Below are positions 1 through 12,503 of a stretch of DNA of 64,000 nt, piece by piece. Every line of letters begins with the position of its first letter. Within the stretch, counting starts at the first letter, position 1. Origin of the DNA: Trichosphaerium sp. ATCC 40318 (taxonomy: Eukaryota > Protista > Tubulinea); the NCBI GenBank assembly GCA_038496445.1, contig JALMLS010000299.1, positions 186,001 through 250,000 on the forward strand, read 5' to 3'. The notes below the pieces were generated by a model, which was given only the letters and a program-made list of their open reading frames with translations, searched no databases and was not told the DNA's origin. Made by a program: the position numbers and the translations under genes.

Positions 1-2433
1 CATACCAGGGAACAGGAGGATATCTGGTTTCTCAACTGCAGCGTGCTGTTTCAAGCTTTTCCATGAAGCTGCAAGCTCTTCTTCAGTTCGTAAACGTAAT
101 TCGCAAACGCAGACCTTTACTTTAGTTGCCATTGACAAAAGTTCCAAAACAAGTGAGTGTTAAGGTAGTACAACAGTTTCTTAACTGCACAACAGCACTT
201 TAGGCCTACCTACTAGGCTTCCAATGGTGCCATAGTTTATTAGTTTTGTACTACCAGGTATCTGGACTTTTTGCGTGTATGCCACCATCGTCCAATTACA
301 AAGAAGAGACTAATCAATACTGCAATTCCAAATATGGTAACAAGTGTAGAAAGGATTGGAAAAGTGCCTCGTTAAATTTTAGCTAATTAATCACGTGTGC
401 TTAGCTAACCTTTGTGACTGATGTGAAAAAATCTGACTGAGTAACCGCTCAACTCTTCCGTAAATTTACCATTCTCTACTTGACGGTCTTTATCATCGTT
501 GAACAGTAAATCCTAGCACTGTATTTCACAAGTGTTTACAAAAAACTTATCTTACTTGGACTTTAGCGTCATAGTTAACATTCTTGAAGTTCACTACAAC
601 ATCTGTCGAGAGATCATTATCATTTGCCATCATCATGTATAAGTCAGAAGCAGACTCATCCCATGCTCTAGAGAATAGTGAGTTGAAGATCTACGATAGA
701 AATACCTATATGAGATTTCAAAATCAGCAGCAAGTAACCCGATTGAACGTGAAGACTCAAGGTTAGTTGTTATAGATATCATCGAGGCAAGCTTGTATAT
801 CTTAGAATGTCCGCAAGCATATACAAAGTACCTGAGCTTTCATGTGTGCGGTGGTGTTAAATAGTGTTTCTGAAACTTCTGGTACCTTGGAGAAAGTGAT
901 TCCGTACATTACCTCAAAGGTTGTTAATAAGCACTGATTAGAAAGATAGTGTACATTTTGAAGAATACTGGCAAACACCATGTATTTCATTTCAATTTCA
1001 CTTGGTTGCCTCTTCCATGTTGGGTTCTGTACATTCCCTGTCAATCTTCAGCGTCTAATGCCTAAGCCAAACACATACCCTTCGCTTGTAGCATTGGTAT
1101 TATTGGCAACAAATTGTGATTTACAAGGTTGTATTTCTTTAGTCTATTTACAACATCTGTGGGAGCACCGCTGCAATGGTCACAAGCACAAGTTGGACCT
1201 GGACAACTGTTGGTATCAATCCCCTATTGTCAATAAGTGTAACGAGGATAACCTTAACGCACAATAGGAAATACGGCAGCTATAGCAACGTCGGCTGTTT
1301 TACCAAAAGCTTCAGATGTAAACATACAGCCAAGCACGTTTGTAACTGGGTGGAAAGCATCATTAGATTTGATGAATCTGTAAGTCTCTTTCAATTCCGT
1401 AGGTTGCACTCCCTTAGCCTTTACATTTGTTATTTTTTATGTTGCTATTTATATGAGTTGTACATCTTCTTCAAAACCTATATTCCAAGCAAATACTGCA
1501 GGATGATTCTTGAAGGCTTGCATGTGCGAAGCAACCGCTGTTTTATTATGCCAAAAATCTTCAAAACTGTAGTATACTTTTAATCCTGGTAAAGGTTAGT
1601 ATATATCTTACAACGTAACAAATTACGACCTGATAAGTGTATAGCATCCATTAACTTCTCCCATTCGGCGGTGATACCCATTGGTGTGCCTCTGGGGTAA
1701 ACTGTTGTAAATCCTGCAGCATGTTATCCTCAGCCAAATACCAAGTAGTACCTCTAGCTGCAATAGCATCCCAGGTGCTTTGAGTTTGATTAACCAACCA
1801 ATCATAGTCGTAGCTATATCCATATGGTATAAAAATGTCACCACCTTATTTGACGAAGTGTAAGTTTTCAATCATTGTGCGCCACGTGCTTTTTGTAAGA
1901 AAAGTTTTTTTGATGAGGTTAACAGAGATCATATTGGAGGGAGCGTCAAGTCTTGAGTACGTCAACCTAGCACATTCATTAGACGTTTACAAACAGTGGC
2001 ATACCTGACTGTATCTGTGTCATTTGTTTGTTTGCTAGTCAGACTGCACGAAATATCGTAAACGTCTGTTCCTTCGGGCAACGCTGATAATTGAAACGTT
2101 ACAGCGTAGTTTCCTTGCGATTCCCACACTACCTAAATAAGTTGGCATGTATGACTCAGGAAAAGCAACATACCGGTCTTTCAAGCAACTTCGTTCCGTT
2201 GTAAGTTGCCATAAAGGAGTAGGCGGTACAATTACCTCTAAACGACACTAACAAACGAGCAGTAGTGTGCGCGCTCGTGTAAGGCATTAAATCTATCATT
2301 TGTCAACACGTGATATTTAACGCCTTGTACCTGGGTACACTGACAAGTTTTTGGAAGGTGGATCAATCGTAGGGCATGCAGTATGGATAGCCGCGATGGC
2401 AATGATCAGTAGAACAAATAACCGAAGAACCAT
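1..2433 (-). CDS. Type I membrane protein with glycoside-hydrolase-like (clan GH-A-like TIM barrel) ectodomain; runs off the left edge
   Basis: Spliced model: signal peptide MVLRLFVLLIIAIAAIHTAC, then ...GDIFIPYGY...GLKVYYSFE...FKNHPAVFAWNIGFEED...IKSNDAFHPV, and a TM helix TFPILSTLVTIFGIAVLISLFFVIGRWW near 280-370. Needs a GC-AG intron at 1845-1889. Confidence 0.55.
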
Positions 2434-2640
2434 TGCCTATCGTGCTCAGAATTAAAAAGCACAAATATTGATGAAATCTACACGTTTTTTAACTGCGAAA
2501 AAAATGAAGATCTCTTTATTTTATGACTATTCAAGCACAATTTTTGGGTAGCACGTGAGGAAATGCGTTAACTTTATTTTGGTAAAAAACTGTATAATAC
2601 AGAGGAAGGTGGTAATGTACAAACTAGCTTATATCAACGT

Positions 2641-5568
2641 TTAATTGCGCGTTTCTCTTTGCTTAGCGTCTTCTCTTGTAGATTTACGAGAAGTTTTTGT
2701 ATCCCCAGAGCTACTTGTATAAGTTACAGTTCCAAACAAAAAACAACTTACTTTGTTGGTTTTTCTGGCCGTTTGTCAGAATTTCTTCGGCTCTCTCCGA
2801 GAGATGTAGAACTCAACTCACGTCTATGATACGGTTAGATTGTGAATACATATGTATCGCTTACTTTAGGTGCTTGATCTTGCCAACATATCTGTCCTTT
2901 TGGCGCAAGTATTTGTCCACTTCTTCTTTCTCTTTGCTCAACTTACGTTCAATATCACGTACTCTTCGAATACTCTCTTCAGCTTTCTTCAACTTCATCT
3001 TTGCCTCAGCTTCTTGTTTTTTAAATTCTCGTTGTCGTTGAGTTTGCTCCCTGAAAAATTTATCCTGTAATCCCTCTAATTCTTCTTCCCATGCCTGTAA
3101 CTCTGCGCCCTTTTGATAACAAAGTTAGTAATTTCAAAAAAAAAAGGAACTTCTCGTTTATCCCAATGGAATTTCTTTAGATGTACCTTTTTCGCTATTT
3201 CATCTCCGTCGCCATTAGTGCTACCGTTCGTACTTGGTTTAAGCTTCAGCGATATCCTACTATTCGCCCTTGTTAATCGGCTACAAAATAAAATTAGAAA
3301 AGGGCAAACAATCACGTTATTTCTGTACCGTTTCAACTCTTTCTCACGTGCTCTTGCGCTGGCTTCTTTTTCTCTCATTTGTTCTTCTTGACGCTCCAGT
3401 CTATCTTCCAACTTTTTTATACGCTTTTGGTACAATGAGATATCCAAAGAGTTCGGGTATTCTAATACAAAGAAAGGAAAAATCAGATGCGAAAACAAAT
3501 AGAAAAGGGTCAAACCTTGCTCCCTGTTTTTTGCTGCTTTTGAAAGGTTTTTGTCTATTTCCCTGCGCCTTGTGGAGTGTCATTATCACATAAACACTAG
3601 GAGCGTACCTTCTGGCTAGATCCTCCTCTTTACGCTTTAGTAATTTTGCTGTTATTTCTTGCTTTTTTTGTTGAAATTCTAGTAGGTTACGAATAGATTG
3701 TAAGTCTCGTGACTCATTTGCGATTGCAATATGCAAAGCAGGTGATTTTACAACAACACCTATAGACTTCCATTAGCAATAAAAAAAACTGTTAGAGAGC
3801 AGTATACCATCCTTTTTGGTCATTTGAGATAGTGACACTTTCTCAAGTGGTGGAACATCTGTTGGTTCGGTGCTTTTAAGGGCTTGAGCTTCCTACAATC
3901 CATATTTAGAGAACATCACGCATGACTGGATTCCTGTACCTCCAGTTGCTTTTCTAATTCCGCCACTTTGCCCTGTAGTTTTTCTTCGCGCTCTTTAACC
4001 TAAACTAGGTAAATGCTTTCACGTTGCTAATAATTAAGTGTACCTCACGTGCTTTGGATAATGCAGCAGCCTCTCTCTTTTTTACAGCTGCTAATTCTTC
4101 ATCAAGTTCTTTCTCCCTTATTTTAATAGCTTTCTCGCGATCTGCTATTTGCTGACGCTGGTCTGATAGCGTGCTTAGGACGTGTTGTTTCTCGACCTGG
4201 TTTTGAAGTTGTTCTAAGGCCATGCTCTTTTTCAATAAGCTTTGCTCTTTAATTCCCAGATCGCTCTCCCTCTTTAATAAAGCTTCTTTTTTCTTTGTAA
4301 TCTGTCTTATATTAGTAATTACATCTGGGTAAATATGTTGTACCTCAGACGAACGGACATCAATAGCAGCTTCTCTTTGTTCCACACGCTTACTTATTTC
4401 CATTAACTTTTTTTCAAAAGTTGTCATGATCTCTTTGCTCGTTTCGTGCTCCTGATACAAATTAAATATGTCATAACATTCACATACAACACGTGATTAA
4501 CAACAAGAAAAAAAGAAGTGCACCTTTTGTCTTGAAGTTACAAGAGCATCCTTTTCTCTTAGTTTGTACTCCATTTCCTTTACTTTCTTCTCTCTACTGG
4601 CGAGCTTTCTTTTTGCTTCTTGCAACTCTACACTCTGTCTCTCCAATTCTCGTTGCTTGGCACGCACTTGAATCTCTTTTTTATGAAAGTTAGTTTTCTT
4701 TGTTTCAAATTCCTGTCTGGATTCATCAAACTCCATTAGCAGTTTTTCAAGTTGACTATCAGCGGGTCTAGGTGCTCTTCTTGTTGCCTTTTCTTTTACT
4801 GGAGGAGGTTTGTAAGTTGATTCACGAAGGTGCTTGAAGTGTTGACCGAAGCGGTGACTATCTATTAACAACCTCTTGTGCGACTCCTTGATTTTTTTAC
4901 AGTGTTAACAAATGTACAGTTTTCGATAAAACAGAAAAAAGCATACGAGTATGTGCCACTTCATATCTGTTTTGGCTTTTTCTGTAGTAACTGGATCGGT
5001 GTCAGCTTTTTGAGAGCCTCCATTCATGTTGGTCGAGGAAGCGTTACCTTAAATAGTTACAACGCAGATAGTACTCTAGTTAAAAAACAAAAATTACGCA
5101 CTAGAAGCTGCGTCATTAGTTGGTTTCAATCCTTTTCGTCTAGAAGAAGATCGCCTTGTTGGGCCCTAGTTATGTACATTAACTATCTTTGTAAAATTCC
5201 AATGGCTACCCGTTTACCTCTGTTGCTTGGGATCTACTCCTCCTCTTTTTCTTCTTCTCAGCACTTATCGTAAATTCGGTACCTAATCAGCTTAAGGTCA
5301 CGTGACATATAGTTTTAATGATATAAAGCAATAAAAATGTATCGTCGTACCCTCTGTAGAGAATGGGTCACTTTGAGCCAACACTTCAATTTTTGCAGCC
5401 TTCTTGCCCCTACCATTAGACTTCTTCTTGCGATCGCTATCGCGTCTTTTTTTGCGCTCAATCTAAAATTGCTTTTTTACAAATTTCGTTTTGTACCAAA
5501 CGACACCCTTTTATTTTAATAGGTACCTTCATGTAGTCATCGCTGCTGCTCGATTTGAACATTGACAT
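2641..5568 (-). CDS. Long K/E/R-rich coiled-coil protein of unknown function (about 17 introns)
   Basis: MSMFKSSSSDDYMK first exon; many exons of heptad-like E/K/R sequence (ORFs 4005-4460 and 4497-4871); TAA at 2641-2643. Confidence 0.7.
5297..5306. promoter_or_regulatory. Perfect palindromic E-box GTCACGTGAC (CLEAR-like) in an intron near the divergent promoter
   Basis: The sequence is seen directly; function is inferred only. Confidence 0.25.
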
Positions 5569-5750
5569 GCAAGTTTTTTTTGTTGTTGTTTAATTTATTT
5601 ACTTTGCACCTGGCTTGCGAGATACAGACGGTGTAGTTACCGCGTCGATGTGTTTGTAGTTGCGACAAAGGATGGATTCAAACGAGATGCAAACTGCACC
5701 TTAAATGTTTTTCAATTTATTTCTAAAATCGCACTTAACGTACTATCGGT

Positions 5751-7292
5751 ATGGCGCAGTTGTACTGGCTACCTAGGTCTATTGCGCGGTACCAACGCAA
5801 AATACCAGAATGTACAGAGATCATTGACGTAAGAACACCACGTACGCTTAATTTTGGCGCATTTAATGCGAAAAAGCGAATAATCTACGCTGTACATACT
5901 CACAGCAGTCCAACTTACCCAACGTAGTGGAATACGCTGAAGACCACATCCCTGGCGTACGCAACGTAATGTAGTGCAATTCTGACTGTCAGTGAAGGCT
6001 GTAAACTTACCAGTACTTACAAACGAACAACGAGTTACAAGTGAGCGTGGAGATACTTACGCAGCTACTAACGCACACTGTAGTTGGAACGCTACATAAA
6101 GCAACTAAATACAAAGCTCGCTTAGGTACTAGCACTAAATAGACTGTATTTCCTTTAACTGCAAGAAGATGGCGCAGCGATGATATCCAGAAACATTGCA
6201 GATCACATAGACACCTACTTTAGCACAAAGCCGCCAAACTATTCTCCACTCTTCTACTGGTAATAGTTAAACACCACAAATCACTTACTAATATCGTACT
6301 TGAAAGTTGGAGAGGTGGAAATAGGTCTTACAGTATAGCTCTTAGTACGATCATTTGACACATGTCAAAATGTCATTTTTGGAATTCACTTCAGTTTGTA
6401 ATTTAACAAAAACATAGCTCTGGGTCGTATCGGTTTCAAGACGCATATGTGCGTTCAATAAATCTCTGTCGTTGTTTTTTTTAATATTGTATCATAGATT
6501 AGAGGGAGGTTATAAAGATTACAGAGCAACAGTGCGCGAAGAACTGAAAACTGAACCAGAAAAATACAAGTTTTTAGTTCTTAGAGGCGCAGCTGGCTCA
6601 GGGAAAACAAAAATTCTCCGAGAAATGGCGCAAAGGTACATTAGGTATACCGAGACATTACTTAGTACTTTACAGGACAGATTTTCAGGTACTTGATTTA
6701 GAAGGAATTGCCAAGCACAAAGGCTCTGTCTTGGGTTGTTTGGAAGTAATTAATGAGAAACAACCGTCTCAAAAGAGTTTTGAAGGACAACTACTTGATA
6801 AGTTAATGTCATTCGATCCAGAAAAGCCAATTTGGGTAGAAGGAGAAAGCACTAAAGTTGGTGATTTGGTTATACCAAAACAATTGTATGCACAAATTTC
6901 TTCTTCTCCCAATGTACGCTTTGAACTTGGTAAACCTGCAAGAGTAGATTTTTTAATAGAAGACTATAACTATATGCTTGAATATCCTGACGTCCTGAAA
7001 GAAAAATTAAGCTGTCTTGAGGCAAATTGCGGTAAGAAAAAAATAGGAAAATGGCTTGAAATGGTACGGCAAAATTAAGAACACATTAATACTAATGCCA
7101 TCAAAGGTTGATAACAAAGAGTTTGGAGATCTCGTTTTGAATTTATTAGAGTACTATGATCCAAGATATTCATTTTTTGCGGACAAGCATGATACAAACT
7201 ATGTCGCAAGTTTACAAAGAGAAAACCTAAATGACATAAATGATGTTATAGAAGAACTTTCTAAAGTTCAGAATAAAAGTGTACCCACTTGA
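5751..7292 (+). CDS. selU: tRNA 2-selenouridine / geranyl-2-thiouridine synthase (SelU/MnmH/YbbB), 8 introns
   Basis: Spliced: IIDVRTPLEYAEDHIPGAVNLPVL (rhodanese) ... LFYCWRGGNRS (active-site Cys) ... LEGGYKDYR ... GAAGSGKT (P-loop) ... QVLDLEGIAKHKGS ... QPSQKSFE ... IWVEGES ... YYDPRY. All introns are GT-AG. Confidence 0.93.
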
Positions 7293-7315
7293 ACCAAAGT
7301 ATTTGTTACCTTTTT

Positions 7316-8661
7316 TTAAGTCTTTCGCGTATTTACTATCCATTGCGAAATCTCAGTCCGAATCTAAACCAAATAAACAACAGCATGAATAGAGCCAACA
7401 CATACAATCTTTGTAGCGGAATCAAATAGTCTTTCCCATTCTTCTCCAGTACCAACAACACCGTGCATTGTGCGCAGGTAAATGTTTTTAACATGTGTTG
7501 TCTCTAGAAGCTTGTATTTTGAGCCAGTTTTTTTAAACTCCTAATAATATCATTCATTACCTTGTAGCCTGTATTGGCTTGTACCTCTACAATGTATGCT
7601 ATCAAATTACGCTTGGTTATAGGAAGCAAGTCAGAGTACTTTTGCTTTGCTGAGGGTAAATGTGGATAAATCCAAAAGTTCACAGCTATGCAAGGTTCTG
7701 TGCATTTAATAAAGTGCCACCAATACCTAAAAAATTTAAGCAACGAAAATATGTCAATATTGGTACATTGGAATAAGCAACACTTCACTAGTATTAATGA
7801 CACCATGCCATACATTTGTACTGTTAATCGTTGGATTCTTGTTACCAGATAGTGGGTTTGTAGACGCAGCATTGCTGGAGTTATCTCTCCTATAGTGCTA
7901 TTGAGTACTATAGCATAGAAAGTTTTGTACAGAGGTATCTTGTCAATATTTTCAATCGGAGAATAGCTATTCATTGTCAAGAACATTGTGCTGTAATTAA
8001 TTGTAAAAATATAAGGATACAGCCACACTTCCTTTTGACCTGATACTATACACAACATTCCGGGGTGGGCTAGACTTTGTCACACAAAATAGCATCGGAA
8101 TGCTTACCATCATAGTGAAGGTGAGAGAAGTGTTCAGCCATGCCGATCCAAATCCTTCCACTCTCACTTTTTGCCATTAGCTATGTTACATGTTGCTCAA
8201 TTGTACCCATTGTTTAACCCCTCACGTTTAGCTTGAAGTTGTCAATACTGGATAGATAATGTACTGAAGTACTTGGCATATGATAGTCATCTAGTAACTT
8301 TGCACTGAGTTGATCAATGCACTTATTGCCAACAAATACATCATTCTTTGCAGGTGTAGTTTTTGCTTGTTCCCAGATGTCAATGAAGTCTGCGAAGGGT
8401 ATTGCTGATGGCTTGTATGGAAAAGAACCTTGTGATGGTTGCAAGAATGCCTACAGTATTAACCGTTGTGTTTAACTACTCAAATACCTCAACCAGTGTA
8501 CTATTATCAACAGTCTGCTTTAAATAATCAGCAGTCCACTTATGTAATGCCTGCCACCCAGTTATTGCGCTAGTGATAATAATAGGTTTATTTATCGCTT
8601 CAAAGTCGTCTGGTAGACTTTGCCACTCTACTCTTTCAATTGAAGTAGTTGTTACATCCAT
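7316..8661 (-). CDS. JmjC (cupin_8; JMJD5/JMJD7/TYW5/HIF1AN-like) 2-oxoglutarate-Fe oxygenase
   Basis: INKPIIITSAITGWQALHKWTADYL; HFSHLHYDAH (HxD); GQKEVWLYSP; LLIPMYWWHFI; IAVNFW. The 3' end is inferred. Confidence 0.85.
7967..8020 (-). other. U12-type GT-AG intron
   Basis: Donor GTATCCTTA; TTCTTGAC 9 nt before the end. Removal gives KEVWLYSP. It is 54 nt and stop-free, so support comes from motif and homology. Confidence 0.75.
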
Positions 8662-8756
8662 AAAGTATTTTTTTTGTTTTGTAAAAGGCTCGCTTAGCGA
8701 AAATACATGGTAAGTTACAGCAAATTTAATAAACTACACGAGACTGTTTTCTTTTT

Positions 8757-10042
8757 CTACATTAAATCCATTACAACTTTTAGGTATGCTCCAAAATCTC
8801 TACCAATCTCTCCATAAACTTTTGATCGCTCAACGCGTTTTCCATAAGCTTCCAGTTCTTCGTTATATTCGGCAAGGTCAGGATTATGTTCTGGCAAAGC
8901 ATCTAGCACCTTAAACAAGTGCGAGAGTAAAAGTATTTTATCTACATTTGTTGCAGATGTATTACGATGGTACTTTGACAAGCAAATATGAAAACGAATG
9001 AACTTCTCAACAGAGATAGGTGCTTTGTCCATTTTTTTATACTGAGATGGCACATGATCCTTTGAGAACGCGTTGAGTAACAACAAATCAATGATTTTGC
9101 CTTTTAGGGCATTATTGTCCAAATTCTCTAAAAGGACTGTCTTTGCATCGTGCATGTACGACTAATATAAAATTAATAAAGCAAAGTACATTTGCAACAT
9201 ACTGTGGTTTTTGTTTCAGTAGTACTCCTCAGTAGTGGCCAATTTATATGAAAGCTTGTCACTATCTCTTGTTCATAGTCTGTATTAATATACGCCGAAC
9301 AAACCTGTTAAAAAAAACCATCAGCTAACCCAATAATTGAAGTAAAAAACATACCAAGTTGGCAAGTTTGGCAGCAGCGCATTGTGCTTCATAACAATGT
9401 TTAGATAAAATGGTGAAACACCATTCCATGACATTCTTACGGCCAATGCGCCCGTTATCACCTCCACCTGATAAGCAATCTCTCATATCAGCTACAAGAA
9501 TTAGAATACCATTTTTTTGTAGTTGACATTTCATTTGTACCCGGCTTTTGAGTTGACACTATAAAATTTATGACACACGTCCTAAGAGCTATGGAGTGTG
9601 GTGCAAGGGTTCGACTGACAAGTGGTGATAGTATAGATTCAAGCCAAGGCCACGATTGCTTTGATAGCATACTTAGAAAGGTAAGGTTGGTAGTACAAAA
9701 GTAACGGACGGTTTACTTTGTTGAATCTCTCGCCATTCCACTACCCTTTGTCGTATCTCATCCAACAGCTGGCGGATTTCCCCAACGTCTTGATCTAAGC
9801 CATCTTCCACGACAGAAAGCAAAAATTTTTGCAATAATACGCTAGACCGCGCTTGAGTGTATGTACATACATGACTAAAGTACCACGAGGGAAATAAATT
9901 CAATCTAAGCCAACTGCGTAATCTACAAGCTGCGCTTGCTTTGGATATGTTCTTTTCCATAACGTCAGGTTCTAGCGCGTCTGCGATCATCTTTTTACAT
10001 TAACTTTGTTTGGTGTCAACTACCGTACCCGCGGATCGCCAT
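8757..10042 (-). CDS. Multi-exon helical protein of unknown function
   Basis: Exon ORFs 9673-9990 and 8757-9155 joined by GT-AG introns; start uncertain (9990 or 10042). Confidence 0.55.
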
Positions 10043-10428
10043 GCGTTGTACCTACACTACTATGCTTCGACATTTTGTCTGGCAACCCGCCAATTCAGTT
10101 GTTCTGTAAGAGTTGCGAATAATTATTAATTTTTGTGAGATTTCTACCAATTTCACACGAGACTCGTCAAACACATTCCAACCAATCAACTGAAGTAAAA
10201 GTAGCGGTTGCCACTTGACGTTGAACTAACCTCATTCATACAAACTAACAACAGCTTTGCTTTTTCATAACAAAAGAAATACAGAATAATGTGGGGAAGT
10301 ACGATAGGGTACACGCAATCGCCTTCACGAAAGCGAAAATTACCTTTTGAGTGCGAACAAGCAGTAAAGCGACCAGCAAACATCGAAAACACTTCCAGAC
10401 TCTTTCAAGCAAGGGACAAACCTATTCA

Positions 10429-11026
10429 ATGGAGTAACATACCCAGGAGGTGCGTTTTTCGCAAATAACGTACAACCGCCAATAGCTTATTCTTATTTCT
10501 TAGAGTACCGTGTGCTTCTAACACGCGAAAACGCAAGTTTGTGCCTTTGTCTCCACTTACATCAAAACGGCGTAGACGAGCTGTGGCTCCAGCCGTTCCA
10601 ACACCTCTTGTCAATCAACCAGTAGCGTGCAAGGCAATACCAACTGAGGTAGCGTATTCTGCGAAATCACAACATTATTCGCTCATGTCACCCAAGTCTG
10701 CAACACAAACACTTCTCAGAACAGTACCAATCACTCAAAACTTGCTGCGACCTGATGGTGACGTTCATTTTACCTTTTCGGACTCCGTCGCAGAGTTGTT
10801 AGCACCAAGACTCGATGGCTCTGCACGCCAATATCACGTGCCTGAACTATTTGACCCATACAAACAAGCTTTGGTTGTTTATGAAGATCCCAACAAGATG
10901 ATCAACGATTTTAAAGCAAAAGCAAGAGAACAAAATTTTGATGAGCAACAGATGAATACTACTTACTTGGACACAGAGATGTACGAAGAACAGCAAGATT
11001 CAGAAAACGAAATGGATATTGATTAA
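10429..11026 (+). CDS. Probable nuclear protein of unknown function (basic NLS-like stretch, acidic tail)
   Basis: 5-nt first exon ATGGA, then an intron, then VPCASNTRKRKFVPLSPLTSKRRRR...QALVVYEDP...EMDID. Confidence 0.6.
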
Positions 11027-11228
11027 TCCACCACCGACTCAGCTCAGCGAATGTAATATACTGTCAATTTGTAAAAAAAAGCCTACACCCATGCGGTTCC
11101 AATAAAAATTCACGTGTTCACCAAGTATATTTTGTCAAGCTCCCAAGAAAAAGAAAAGTTTTTTAGGTTATATTGAGTACAAAGCCACTTAATCTACAAT
11201 ATTGGTGTGGCGCCCATAATTACAACAA

Positions 11229-12417
11229 TCACTGGTCCTCCGAATTATCAGGCTCAGTTTGTTTTGTAGTTTCTTCTTTGGTTTCTGCAAGTTCCCTTTC
11301 AGTCTCCGCCTCTTCCATCTCTGCTAAACCTCGCAACAGAGCCAATGTTACTCGGGATGCGGCTTCTCTCCGATCCTAGCTCATGTAAGAACGATACCAA
11401 GACAAACTTGTTCGTACTTTATCAGACATAGACTTAGTCTGCTCCTTTAATGCACGTAGCTTACCAAACGCTTGTTCAAATCCTTCAGTAGAATCCAAAC
11501 CCATGAAAAAATCATTTGGCAGGAACGGATTTTCTGGAATAGAAGATGTGGTTGCAGGTTCGTCTCCACTGTTCAAGGACAGCCCTGCGAATAGCGAATC
11601 TACAGTTGCATCGTTTGAATCAGGGGGCTTATAATCCCCGGTGCTACCTTGTGCCGGAGCGTCGTCTAATGGGCTCTGTTAGGCAAGACTCGATTGCATC
11701 TCAGTTTACCTTGAATTGGTCGAGCTGTTGTTTTGTAAGCCATATTCTCCCACATGTTGGCACTCAGAGCCTCTATAACACGATCTAAACCATACTTCTC
11801 CTTGCTTGATTCTGTAAGAAGAGTTAGGATATAACAATAGAGTTACAGCTACCTTGACTGCCATCCACGTGCAAAGGCACAATCTCAAAGCCGTTATCAA
11901 AGCACCTTTAATTGTTTAGCAACATGTCATTCTACAAAAAGGCAGTACCAGCTTCTAATTGTTTTTCCTGGCTCGCTCTGAAGTGAGGGCTCATTAGGGG
12001 TTATAATAACACGTATTGATGGGTTGTGTTTTGTGATAAAATCTTGCCATGTTTTTAGCACGCTGCAATCCTAGTTTGAAAGTTTATCTCAAGCTCACCC
12101 TAAATGCTTACCTCTGACTCGTTCATCACAATGAGTATACCATCAGTAAATGGACCTTGGCTATTTACGCGTTGAGAATCCTCTAAACTTGCTTCTTTAC
12201 CCGTGTATAGTACAATCTGAGCGTCATAGTACTTGGTGTGTAAATTAAGAGAGCATTTGTCCCAACCGTCAGATTTTAACCAATGGCTTGGTTGTCCTTG
12301 GAGCATATCTACGCGGGTAAGTGGTACTCGGCTTGTAAGCATCGCACTTTCTATGTGAGCCTTTCGTATTGTATAATTGCTTCCTACTACTAACACCATG
12401 TTGCGAGGTTGTTCCAT
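11229..12417 (-). CDS. AAGAB: Alpha- and gamma-adaptin-binding protein p34 homologue
   Basis: LHTKYYDAQIVLY; WCFDNGFEIV; EKYGLDRVIEALSANMWENM; FEQAFGKLRALKEQ...RREAASRV. Confidence 0.85.
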
Positions 12418-12503
12418 AGTTGCGTTAATTTGTTTAAACAAAATTTGAAAAAGATGTTGAAAGACGTCCATGAAAGTCTCAATAATTGCACTGAACAACA
12501 AAA

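Noticed and set aside
1640-1900. Apparent in-frame TAA codons in the first gene, suggesting stop-codon reassignment
   Set aside because: They are resolved by a GC-AG intron (1845-1889) and a GT-AG intron. TAA, TAG and TGA all serve as normal stops elsewhere in the window.
5751-7292. selU as bacterial contamination or a chimeric assembly
   Set aside because: It has eight spliceosomal introns in the same style and base composition as the flanking genes.
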